From positions 80,253 through 144,252 of the IMG/VR virus record IMGVR_UViG_3300013121_000049: a stretch of 64,000 bases of DNA. One strand, written 5' to 3'. Of the stretch, positions 20,115 to 29,100 are shown piece by piece; position 1 is the first letter of the stretch, and the number at the start of each line of letters is the position of its first letter. Both the position numbers and the translations under genes were made by a program. The DNA is from a virus. Taxonomy: Duplodnaviria; Heunggongvirae; Uroviricota; Caudoviricetes. The notes under the pieces were generated by a model. That model made no database searches. It was not told the DNA's origin and saw only the letters and a program-made list of their open reading frames with translations.

Positions 20115-22975
20115 TACGGGGTCTCCTCGATCTCAAAGGTCACCAGATGCGCGGGGTCGTTGTTCCCCAGCACGTTGGCCTGATCGTTGTTGTAGACCAG
20201 GTTGCCCGTCGGGTTAGCAACGCCGGACGGCCCGGTAATCGTATAGGTGAACGGACCCGACAGCGGGTCATTCCCAGTGGCCCCGGTGTACGTCACGTTG
20301 AACGTGCCCGCGGCTCCCTTCGACAAATTGGTTGCCTTCAGCTTAGCCGTATTGACGACCGGCGTACCGATGATGGCTTCTCTGGATTGCACGGGGAACG
20401 ACACCGGGCGCCGCACGAAACCGCCAACCGTGTAGTTGGCCCCGCCGGAAATCGTCGTCACCACGATACCCGCCGGGTTACGCACCGACAGGTTGCTGAA
20501 TGCCGTGACGCCCTTCGGATCGGTGTCGAATACCTTGAGGACCCGTGATGGCGTAAACCCGGTCGTCCATGCACCCTGCCAGGAGCCGATCCCCGCATCG
20601 AGAGAGTCTACGGTCAGCAGTTGCGGAGTCGGATTGACGTCATGCAGGGAGACCGTATAGCCCGGGGCGCCGCTGTATCCCGTCGCCGGCGACAGCGGGC
20701 CGGACTGCAGCCGGGCCGGACTGCCGGAGATGCTGACCGCCACGACCGGCGTGATGCTGGCGACAAAGACGGTAGTCGTAAACACGCCGGACGTCGCATT
20801 GGTCGCCTTCGTCAGGGTCACCCGGATGTTGTTGTTCGGCGTCGTCAAGTTGTATTCCTGGACACCTGCGCCAACCGTTACGTCCACTTGGCTGGATGTA
20901 GCATTGGCCAGCACCAGATCTCCGGTCGGGTTGGCTATCGCTACTGCCGTGTAATTGGCCGGCGTAAACGCCACGGTTACCGCAGGGTCTCCTTCCTTGA
21001 TGGCGGTCTGACCGATCGGATAAACAATGGCGGCAAACGCATTCGTCGGACGAACGTCATCCAGGGAGACGATGTTGGCCGTAGTGAACCACGCAGACCA
21101 AGCCCCCGCCGGGGACTTCACTCGAACCTTGATGTACTTGCTGACCGGCAATCCCCCCGGCTGACTGCGCGCCGCCGCCGTCAGGGTTTGCACAAAGCCA
21201 ATGGTTGCCGGGAAGTTGTTGGACGCCGCCAGGTGCGCACTGCCGGCTTCATCGGCAAACTCGATGGCCGTAAAAGGGGAGTCCGCCGTAACGGTGACGC
21301 CGAATGTCTGCCCCGCCGCGTAATCGACCTGCCCCAGCTGCAGGTTCGGACTACTGACTACAGCAGACAGGACAACCGGAGGCGTTTCGTACTGAAGGCT
21401 GACGGAATGCCGGGGGCCTTCTCCGTGGGTAACCGAAAGAGTTGTCGCCCCCAGGGTATCGACGTCCACATACCCCGTCCACGTATCGGTGCTGCCTACC
21501 CGGGTCAAAGGAACCGGCGTGCTCAGGCCGAGAGTCACCGTCGGCTTAAAGTGCAGCATTCCGGTTGTCGCCAGCACAGTCACCCGGACCAGATGTGTCG
21601 AAGAAAGTCCGCTGACGAACACATTGCCGTCATCCGACGTCACCTTGTTGCCGACGTTATCTGACGGGTTCGTTGCCGAGATATCGGAGATCGCCACGAA
21701 GCCATGGGAGATGTTGGTGGTCAACGTCGTGTTGTCTCCCAGGGTCGCCGTCAGATTGGAATCGGTCGGGCTGTACTGCAGGGAGGTAATTGCAGGCGGG
21801 ACAGTGATCTGTGTCGACAGAACATCGCCGCTGGACAAAGTCAGCGTCAGGGTCTGCGTCTGGCCATCGTAATCCAGGCCAGATACTCCAGGGGGAAGGG
21901 CCACGCTGGCTTGCGTCCCGTCACCCATTTCCACGACGAGCTCGCCGGTCTGATCGCTGTAGCTAAGGCTGGCGATGTTGGTCGGCACATCCGTCTGGAG
22001 AAACGTGCCGTCTCGCATGGAGATCGTCAGGACGTGATCGGTGGGGTTGAACTCCAGGCCGATCACCGGATTCAGGTCGTGGTCGTGCTCCGGCGGCAGA
22101 CGGCTGATCCACAGGTCCTGCAGGTTGTTCTCGAAGCGCACCCGATCCCCCTTCAGGGTGCGATATCCACGGTACATACCCGGATGGGTGACCAGGTACT
22201 GCTTGCCGTCGGCGGCATCCACAGGAGGCGTAGCATCCCCGGACGTCTGCATGGGGCTGTGGCCGCCGATAGTGGCGGCCGCCGTGAAGGCCAGGGATCC
22301 CGCTTGGAAAGCGACGTGCGACGTGGCGAAGGTCATGTAGCAAAGGCCATACAGGGTCGCCGGCTGCGGAAGGCCCAGGAGGCCCATCGGCCCAGCCTGC
22401 AAAATGGGCTCGGACCCCTTCTGCACGACCAGGTTCATGTTCTGGAAGTCGATGCCGATGAAGATGTGGTCGCCGGCCACCGCGGGGGACTGCCAGTTCC
22501 CAGAAACAGGCGCCTGCACCACGCCGGCGATCACGGGAAACGCTTGAAAACCTGACGCCGAAACCTGCAGCCAATTGCCGAAAATGGGGTCCGGAGAGGC
22601 GCTCTCGATCATCAGGGCTTCGAACATCTCCGGCGTCGTATTCTCATCGAGGAACGCCGCGCCATAGCTGACTACATTGTCCCCGGGCTGAATTGCGGGG
22701 ACCACCAGCGGACCCATCCACCGGGTACCCGAGAATGCCGTGGCGGGGATGCCGTTTCCAGTGAACGCGGCGGACATGTTGCCGGAGTCCGGAATAACCG
22801 CGTCAGGGACCAGGGCCGACCCGTTCCATGTTCCGTGAAGGGCCCCGACGATAGCGGCGTTCGCCAGGGCGGACGTCATGTTCCAGGTGCCGGCCAGCGG
22901 CCAGACCGTTGGCGGGTGCTCCAGCGCCGGGTTCTGGAAGAGGAGGTGCGGAAAATCTACGCTGAGGCGACCCAT
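20114..22975 (-). CDS. tail protein (953 aa) with three tandem repeats of about 29 aa
   Basis: Repeat units are IASLSYSDQTGELVVEMGDGTQASVALP, VSGLDYDGQTQTLTLTLSSGDVLSTQITVP and ITSLQYSPTDSNLTATLGDNTTLTTNISHG. A GAGGA ribosome-binding site precedes the start. Confidence 0.7.
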   Translation of the reverse strand: MGRLSVDFPHLLFQNPALEHPPTVWPLAGTWNMTSALANAAIVGALHGTWNGSALVPDAVIPDSGNMSAAFTGNGIPATAFSGTRWMGPLVVPAIQPGDNVVSYGAAFLDENTTPEMFEALMIESASPDPIFGNWLQVSASGFQAFPVIAGVVQAPVSGNWQSPAVAGDHIFIGIDFQNMNLVVQKGSEPILQAGPMGLLGLPQPATLYGLCYMTFATSHVAFQAGSLAFTAAATIGGHSPMQTSGDATPPVDAADGKQYLVTHPGMYRGYRTLKGDRVRFENNLQDLWISRLPPEHDHDLNPVIGLEFNPTDHVLTISMRDGTFLQTDVPTNIASLSYSDQTGELVVEMGDGTQASVALPPGVSGLDYDGQTQTLTLTLSSGDVLSTQITVPPAITSLQYSPTDSNLTATLGDNTTLTTNISHGFVAISDISATNPSDNVGNKVTSDDGNVFVSGLSSTHLVRVTVLATTGMLHFKPTVTLGLSTPVPLTRVGSTDTWTGYVDVDTLGATTLSVTHGEGPRHSVSLQYETPPVVLSAVVSSPNLQLGQVDYAAGQTFGVTVTADSPFTAIEFADEAGSAHLAASNNFPATIGFVQTLTAAARSQPGGLPVSKYIKVRVKSPAGAWSAWFTTANIVSLDDVRPTNAFAAIVYPIGQTAIKEGDPAVTVAFTPANYTAVAIANPTGDLVLANATSSQVDVTVGAGVQEYNLTTPNNNIRVTLTKATNATSGVFTTTVFVASITPVVAVSISGSPARLQSGPLSPATGYSGAPGYTVSLHDVNPTPQLLTVDSLDAGIGSWQGAWTTGFTPSRVLKVFDTDPKGVTAFSNLSVRNPAGIVVTTISGGANYTVGGFVRRPVSFPVQSREAIIGTPVVNTAKLKATNLSKGAAGTFNVTYTGATGNDPLSGPFTYTITGPSGVANPTGNLVYNNDQANVLGNNDPAHLVTFEIEETP

Positions 22976-22992
22976 GGTTAGTCCTCTATCAA

Positions 22993-23001
22993 TGGTATAA
23001 G
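22993..23001 (+). promoter_or_regulatory. plus-strand copy of TGGTATAAG in a 28 nt gap between two minus-strand genes
   Basis: Exact motif, but it points into the antisense of gene 23004..23510. It may be coincidental or an antisense promoter. Confidence 0.2.
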
Positions 23002-23003
23002 GA

Positions 23004-23510
23004 TCAGGTCAGCGGAACCACGCGCCAACCGGTCTGACCCCCAACGAAGGTCACCAGGCAGGGGACGCTGATGTCCAGGTAGTAGGGCGCTGCGTCGCCC
23101 TGAATCGGCGCACTCGCCATCAGCTGGACGTTGTTGGTCTCCCAAGTGCCGATCAGGTTACCCGCCTGTCCCCGCGAAAACATCGCCGGGGTGATCAGGT
23201 GGGACGACCCGGACTTGTCGATTGCGTTGGGAAACAGCGTCACCACGATGCCGACCTGCGAGGTATCCGCCGAGATGTTCTCGCCTTCGGCCAGCACCGT
23301 ATCGGAGTTCTTGACCGGGAAGTCGCCGCGAATATCCACCATGGCGTTAGGGGAGATCGGCACGATCTTGCCTTGCCCCTGCGCCGTCTGTACGCTGGGA
23401 TCCTGATACTGCGCGTCGGTCAACGTGACCTTCTGGAGGTAGTTCAGGAACATCGCTCCGCCGAAGAGGCGGATGCCCTCCGTAACGACGCACTGGATGG
23501 ATTGGCTCAT
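23004..23510 (-). CDS. hypothetical structural protein (168 aa); first gene of the minus-strand structural operon
   Basis: ORF with a GGAGG ribosome-binding site. Confidence 0.6.
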   Translation of the reverse strand: MSQSIQCVVTEGIRLFGGAMFLNYLQKVTLTDAQYQDPSVQTAQGQGKIVPISPNAMVDIRGDFPVKNSDTVLAEGENISADTSQVGIVVTLFPNAIDKSGSSHLITPAMFSRGQAGNLIGTWETNNVQLMASAPIQGDAAPYYLDISVPCLVTFVGGQTGWRVVPLT

Positions 23511-23560
23511 GGGTACCTCCGGGCTACCTTTCCATTTTACAGCAGCGAAGAGGGGAATCC

Positions 23561-23818
23561 ATGTTCACCGACGCTGATATGCAGTTCATCCGCCGCCTGA
23601 AGGCCGGACAAATCGCCTGGGACGACCTCCCCGTCATCCTACAAGACACGTTGTTCGAATTCTTTCAGCCAAACATGCCCTACACTATTCAGAAAGCCAG
23701 GGACGACGATCCCGTCAACTGGATGACCAGACGCCTGCACTGGATTACGCACGATGGCCCGTCTCATGTCCTCCCGCCAGTTCAAGCACTGGCTGAATAC
23801 CTCCGTCCCTCACCGTAG
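23561..23818 (+). CDS. hypothetical protein (85 aa)
   Basis: ORF with a GAGGGG ribosome-binding site. It is the first gene of the plus-strand island. Confidence 0.5.
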   Translation: MFTDADMQFIRRLKAGQIAWDDLPVILQDTLFEFFQPNMPYTIQKARDDDPVNWMTRRLHWITHDGPSHVLPPVQALAEYLRPSP

Positions 23819-24062
23819 CGAGGCCGCCAACCAGCTCTTTGCCCGGGCGGTGGACAACGGCCGAACGATGGCCGAACAATTCCAGCACGAGCTGAGCGCG
23901 GATCGCCCGTTGGCGTTCACCGTACCCGGCCATGCCTTTTCCGTCGCCATGACGGCGTCATCCTACCTGATTTCCTACCGGTTCCTCGACGAAAGCGTCT
24001 GGACCGGTCAATCCCCGCTCCGCACGCACCGCAGCCTGGTGCTGGTGGAGCGCCGACCATGA
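23754..24062 (+). CDS. hypothetical protein (102 aa)
   Basis: Protein-like ORF that overlaps the previous gene by 65 nt in another frame. The ribosome-binding site is weak and the start is uncertain. Confidence 0.35.
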   Translation: MARLMSSRQFKHWLNTSVPHRSEAANQLFARAVDNGRTMAEQFQHELSADRPLAFTVPGHAFSVAMTASSYLISYRFLDESVWTGQSPLRTHRSLVLVERRP

Positions 24063-24069
24063 GGACTCC

Positions 24070-24414
24070 ATGAGCCAAGCCGACAAATATTTCTGGTTCC
24101 CGCACATCGACCGCATCACTCCCGACTACCCCGGATATACGGGGACCATCGAGACCAAGCACCTGCCTACCCTCCCGGGATACTGGGTAGTCCACCCGGA
24201 GAAGGGCTACCTGTTCTATCGCCTGTACATGGGCCCCAAGGGCGAAGTCACTGCGATGGTCAACGGCGATGAACGCACGGCCGAACGATTGCTCCTCTGG
24301 CTGAAACGACAGCCGATTCCCGGAATCGAAGACGCCCACCTGGCCTTCGTGCAGACAGGCTACTGCGAAAAAGCCTACCTCCACTTCCCTCACCACAAGG
24401 AAATCCCTTCATGA
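24070..24414 (+). CDS. hypothetical protein (114 aa)
   Basis: ORF with a GAGGA ribosome-binding site. It overlaps the DHH gene start as ATGA. Confidence 0.55.
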   Translation: MSQADKYFWFPHIDRITPDYPGYTGTIETKHLPTLPGYWVVHPEKGYLFYRLYMGPKGEVTAMVNGDERTAERLLLWLKRQPIPGIEDAHLAFVQTGYCEKAYLHFPHHKEIPS

Positions 24415-25319
24415 ATACCTCTCCCAAAACGGTCATCGTCTACCACGACAAATGCTTCGACGGCCTGGGCGCCCTGTGGGCCGTCCTGCGCAACCTGGAC
24501 TTCTCCGAAGACCTGGACGACGAAATCAACGACGGGTTGCTGATCCTACACGCCGCCAACTACGGTCAAGAACCGCCCGACGTCGCCGGCTGCGATGTCA
24601 TCATGGTGGACTTCAGCTATCCCCGCGACGTCATGGAACAGCTGATTGCCGATGCCAACTCCTTCATCTGCCTCGACCACCACAAGACCGCGCAGGAAGC
24701 GTTGGCTGGCCTTCCCGGCTGCCACTTCGACATGGACCAAAGCGGAGCCGGCATGGCCTGGCGGCACTTCGCCAAGCAGAGTGCCATGACTCCTTACTTC
24801 CTTTCCTACATCGAGGACCGCGACATCTGGCGCAAGGCGCTGCCTTGGACGGAGGAGGTCAATGCCTACATCGGCAGCATCGTCGACTTTGGCAGACCGG
24901 TGTTGGAAAACCTCTACGCCTTCGACCGCATCCAGGATATGACACCGCAGGAGATGGCGGGGATCGGCGGCCCGCTGCGTCGCGTCAACCTCAGCCACGT
25001 CGAATCCTGCGCGTCCATGTGGTTCTTCGTCACCCTGAAGAACGGCGTCGAGCTTCCCTGCGTCCTGGGCACGGCCAAGGTGGCCAGCGAAGTCGGCAAC
25101 CTGCTGTGCGCACACACCGACCTGGCCACGGCACTGGTCATCACCAGCGGCGGCGCCGGTCGCTTCGGCATGAGCTTCCGCTCGACGGCAGGAAAAGCAG
25201 CCGAACTGGCAAAACTGTACGGGGGCGGCGGTCACCTGAACGCGGCCGGCGCCAGCCTGGGGCCTGACGAGATCGGCGCCCTGCTGGCCACCCGGCGCGA
25301 GCGTCCGGAAAGTCAATAA
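24411..25319 (+). CDS. DHH-DHHA1 family phosphoesterase (NrnA or RecJ-like nanoRNase, or a cyclic or linear oligonucleotide phosphodiesterase)
   Basis: DHH motif FICLDHHKT. DHHA1 motif LYGGGGHLNAAGAS. Asp-rich N-terminal motifs (VYHDKCFDGLGA, VIMVDFS). Confidence 0.85.
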   Translation: MNTSPKTVIVYHDKCFDGLGALWAVLRNLDFSEDLDDEINDGLLILHAANYGQEPPDVAGCDVIMVDFSYPRDVMEQLIADANSFICLDHHKTAQEALAGLPGCHFDMDQSGAGMAWRHFAKQSAMTPYFLSYIEDRDIWRKALPWTEEVNAYIGSIVDFGRPVLENLYAFDRIQDMTPQEMAGIGGPLRRVNLSHVESCASMWFFVTLKNGVELPCVLGTAKVASEVGNLLCAHTDLATALVITSGGAGRFGMSFRSTAGKAAELAKLYGGGGHLNAAGASLGPDEIGALLATRRERPESQ

Positions 25320-25332
25320 CCGACAGGCCGAT

Positions 25333-25341
25333 TGGTATAAG
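25333..25341 (+). promoter_or_regulatory. promoter-like motif TGGTATAAG
   Basis: Lies 112 nt upstream of the small ORF at 25453. The leader contains the hairpin GGAGCctggtGCTCC. Confidence 0.45.
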
Positions 25342-25452
25342 GAGAATAGAGAGGAGCCTGGTGCTCCGATTACCCACGTCAAGCCTGAGCGTGGGGCCGC
25401 CGTCCGTGCCGATATCGAGCAACGGGTTGTCAGATGCTAAAGGAGCATAATC

Positions 25453-25581
25453 ATGGCCTACTTCACTATCATTACCACGTCCCTGCAAGTGATCACTGTT
25501 GCTGCAGCGTCTTTCCGCGACGCCATAACGGGGGCGGAAGCGCAGGGATACAAGGTCTCAGAATGCCGGGAGGCACGCTAA
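25453..25581 (+). CDS. small hypothetical protein (42 aa)
   Basis: A strong AAAGGAG ribosome-binding site lies 7 nt upstream of the ATG. A terminator follows immediately. Confidence 0.4.
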   Translation: MAYFTIITTSLQVITVAAASFRDAITGAEAQGYKVSECREAR

Positions 25582-25583
25582 GA

Positions 25584-25617
25584 CCGCGCCCCTCTTCGGA
25601 GGGGCGTTCACTTTTTT
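25584..25617 (+). terminator. intrinsic terminator (GCGCCCCTC-ttcg-GAGGGGCG followed by TTCACTTTTTT)
   Basis: A 9 bp GC-rich stem followed by a T-tract. Confidence 0.65.
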
Positions 25618-25645
25618 ACCCGCAACTTTCATTCCGGAGAAAGTC

Positions 25646-26095
25646 ATGAGCATCTCTTTCCTGCAGTTCTGGCTGCTCTGCGGACTGGCTACCCTCGCGG
25701 TGAGCCTGTTTGCATCGGCCTATGTCTTCGCCCGGGCGGTATCCGACCGGGCGGAATCCCTGCGCGGCGTCCGCTTGGGCGTCGTCGCCAACCTGGCTGT
25801 GGTCGTTTCGTCCACGATCATCTGCCTCATCGGCGGGCCGCTGGCGCTGGCGGCCTGCCTCACCCCGGCGACATGGAGATCCTGCCGGATGATTGCCTGC
25901 CACCCTCGCTTCAATGCGAGGGACGTATTGACCACGCTGGTGGTGGTCAAGGTCAAGGACGAGTACGTCATGGCGGATCAGAACCTCAGCCCCAACCCGC
26001 TGGACGGCGAGGTGTATACCTTGCCTGACGCCAGACGGCGCTATAAGCACGAACGCTACCAGTTCGTGCCGTTAGACCGCATCAAGGCGGTCTAA
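25646..26095 (+). CDS. membrane protein (149 aa) with an N-terminal transmembrane domain and a soluble C-terminal domain
   Basis: GGAGA ribosome-binding site. Hydrophobic N-terminus. It is the last gene before the bidirectional terminator. Confidence 0.6.
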   Translation: MSISFLQFWLLCGLATLAVSLFASAYVFARAVSDRAESLRGVRLGVVANLAVVVSSTIICLIGGPLALAACLTPATWRSCRMIACHPRFNARDVLTTLVVVKVKDEYVMADQNLSPNPLDGEVYTLPDARRRYKHERYQFVPLDRIKAV

Positions 26096-26127
26096 CGAAA
26101 AAGGCCCCGCAATGGGGCCTTTTCTTT
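26096..26127. terminator. bidirectional intrinsic terminator (AGGCCCC-gcaat-GGGGCCT with A- and T-tracts)
   Basis: Lies at the convergent junction between the plus-strand island and the 3' end of the RNA polymerase gene. It shares the CCTTTTCTTTAGCCGRRATTACC flank with the terminator at 8222-8253. Confidence 0.75.
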
Positions 26128-26135
26128 AGCCGGGA

Positions 26136-29100
26136 TTACCCGAGAGGTCGGACCCCATTGCTGACATCCGCCGGCGCGCTCATGCCCGCCTGGCTCTGGT
26201 ACTCGAAGGTCGTCTTCGAAAGGAAGTCCTCGACGCCCTGCGGGTAGAACTCGCTGGGCGGCAGGATGTACGGCGCGCTCTTCGGGTCGCCCTCGGCGTG
26301 GTTGTGGCTGACCGACTCGCCCGAAGCCTGCTTGTGGTGACTGCCGATGACGACCTCCTGGTTCTCGTGGACCTTGCCGGCCTTGAGCGCCGCCACGGCT
26401 TCCGCCTCTGTGGCGAAGTGCACGGTCTTCTGCGTCTCGTCCTTGCTGGTCAGATGTACGCTGCCCAGGATGGCCTCGTGGCCGGGCGCAAACATCGAGT
26501 AGCCGTAGCCCTTGCGCACGTCGTTGATGTGGTGCATTGGCAGCAGCTTGGCCTTGGCCTCGGCGATGGCTTCCGGCGTCATCGGCAAGTGCATGGTCAT
26601 GGCGTCGCCGTCGAAGTCCGCGCCGAACGCCGGCAAGTGCAGCGGATTCAGGCCGATCGTGTTTTCCTTGGTCGGCACCGGATAGATGGCCAGCTCGTTA
26701 GTCCGCAGCAGGGTCGGCGCGCGGTTCAGCAGCAGCGGGATGTCCTTGATGCAGCGGTTGAACGCATAGGTCGCCAGGTTGTCGCGCTTGGTGTAGGAAT
26801 CCAACGCCTCGGGCATCGACATGCCCTGCTTCGCCAGGAAACGCAGGATGTGGTACTTGTAGAGCACCCACAGCTGGTCCACCGGGATGCGGGCCTCGTT
26901 GAAGCCGACATCCGGGGCAGCATAGATCGTCGCCCGTCCCGAGAAGTTCTGCTTGCGCGCCAGCAACCGGTCATGAAACACCCCGGTCTTCGGCCCGCCT
27001 TCCCCGGCGATCTGCTTGATGAACCCCTTCAGCGGCTTCTTGGCGCCGATGTTGTCGCCCAAACCCATGATGGCCGCTGCGCCCTGATAGAGGTCCTTGC
27101 GCATGGGCACCAGGGCATCCGGCGTCGAATCCGCGAGGTTCTTCTTCAGGGTCTTGCTGACCAAGATGTGATCGTTGTACAGGTTGTTGACGTCCGCGAA
27201 GTGCAGACTGCCGCCGCCCTGATCCATGAAGGGGCGCATGACCGGGGGCAGCACGGGCATGTGCTTGATGACGTAGGCGTCCGCCGGGTTGGAGAATCCG
27301 CTCTTCTGCAGGCCGCGCAGGTACTTGGCGCGCTTCACCTCGTCATCTCGCGCCGATACCGACTTCAGGTTGACGGCGTTGTGCACGGAGGTCTTCAGCG
27401 CCTCGTCGACATCGATGTTGGCCAGCAACTCCTTGAACGCCTCGCCGCCCACCTTGATCTTGTCGTCGTTGTAGGCTTCGTCGGCGTCCGCCTTCTTGGT
27501 CATGCCGACACCGGTCTTGCCGATGTGAATATCCCGGACCTTGGACTGGTTCAGCGTGTCGTAGAGGCCGTAGTGTCCCGGCGCAATCTTCTGCACGCCG
27601 TAAGAGCCGTCAGTCAGCCGATCGAACTCGTCCGCGCTCAGCTTGAGCACCGACTTCACGGGCATCTCGAAGGTAGGGTTCACGATGGGCTCGGCCAACG
27701 TGTAGTGCGACCACTTGGTGCCCTCCGGGCCGCCGGTAATGATGGGGTCGAACATGCCGCCTTTCTCAGGCTGCAGGGTGCGCGCCAACAGGCGGCCCTC
27801 GTTGACCTCGCCGCCGCTCATCTCCAGGATCTTGTGGTCGGTCAGCGGGGCCAGCGTCACTTTGTCGTTGGCCGTGCGCACATCGATGCCGGCGCCCTTC
27901 AGGTAGCCCAAGAACTTGTCGGTGGCAAAGGTCGTCTTCGGCTTGGGAAGCGGCTCGCCATTCTGGAAGGCCTTCCAGAACTCCTCGTTCTTCTCGGCCT
28001 TGATGGTCGACATCTCCTGCAGGTTCTTGCGGGCGTTGGACCCCAGCAAGGCCAGGAATTCCATGTAGGCCGTCCGCTTGGATCCCTCTTCCCCGCCCTT
28101 GGACGGCTGGCGCCAGGAGTCATAGCCACCCTCGACGTTGCGGGCGCTGTAATTGGAGTCCGTGGTCTTGTAGGTCTTGACCACGTAATGCGGGCCGCCG
28201 AAGACCTTGGGCAACACCTTGCCGGAGACCGGATCCACCAGCACGTCATGCTGCTTGAGCCCGTGCGCCTTCAGCTCGTCCTTGATCTTGCGGACAGAGT
28301 CCCCGGCGTTCTCATAGTTGTGGACCACATACTGCTTGCCCGTCTTCTGGGCAATGCGACCGGCCGCCGTCTCCAGGACCGATCCCAGGTTGATCCGGGA
28401 GGTGACCGAAGCCGGGTTGAAGATGGCGTCGACGGGTTTCCCCGTCTCCTGGTTATAGGGCATCTGCTCGTCCGGGACGATCTTGGAGACCACGCCCTTG
28501 TTGCCATGAAAGCCGGTCAGCTTGTCGCCTACCTCCAGGTGCTTCACCGAGCGCGTCAGGATGCGAACCTCCTTGCCATCGGTGTGGGCCTCGATGACCT
28601 CGCCGGGCTCCTCGTGCGTCCAGTACTCCACGACTGCCAGGTACGGGGAAACCAGCTGCTTGCTGATGCGGTGGTACATCAGGTCGGTCGTGCTCATCGT
28701 GCGCGGCTTGAGCACCGCCCAGATGGGATCGCCGTAGCGCAGGGTCTGGCCTTTCTGGATGAAGCCGCGACTGTCCAGCTTGGCCAGCTGGTCGGACTTC
28801 AGCAGGGACGGGAACGTCTTGCGGAACAGCGCCCGATCGGTCTTCATGTCCGTCGTCAGGGACAGGTCGTACTTGTAGGCGTGGTGGCTGGACAGCTTCT
28901 CGGCCGCGCCTTGGCTGACCACGATGCCGTCTTCATGGTTGAAGCCGTGGTACGGCATGAAAGCCACGTTCAGGTTGCGGCCCAGCGCCAGTTCCCCGCC
29001 GCGCGTGTAGTTGCTGTCGTACAGGGACTGCCCCTTCTCGACGCGATCGCCCACCTTGACCAGCGGGGCCTCATCATCGCGGAACCCCTTCTGGTTGTAT

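Noticed and set aside
18288-22555. Plus-strand ORFs 18288..20183, 20621..21664 and 21704..22555
   Set aside because: Antisense to the 1096 aa and 953 aa tail genes, which form a coherent coupled operon. The composition is Arg-rich junk.
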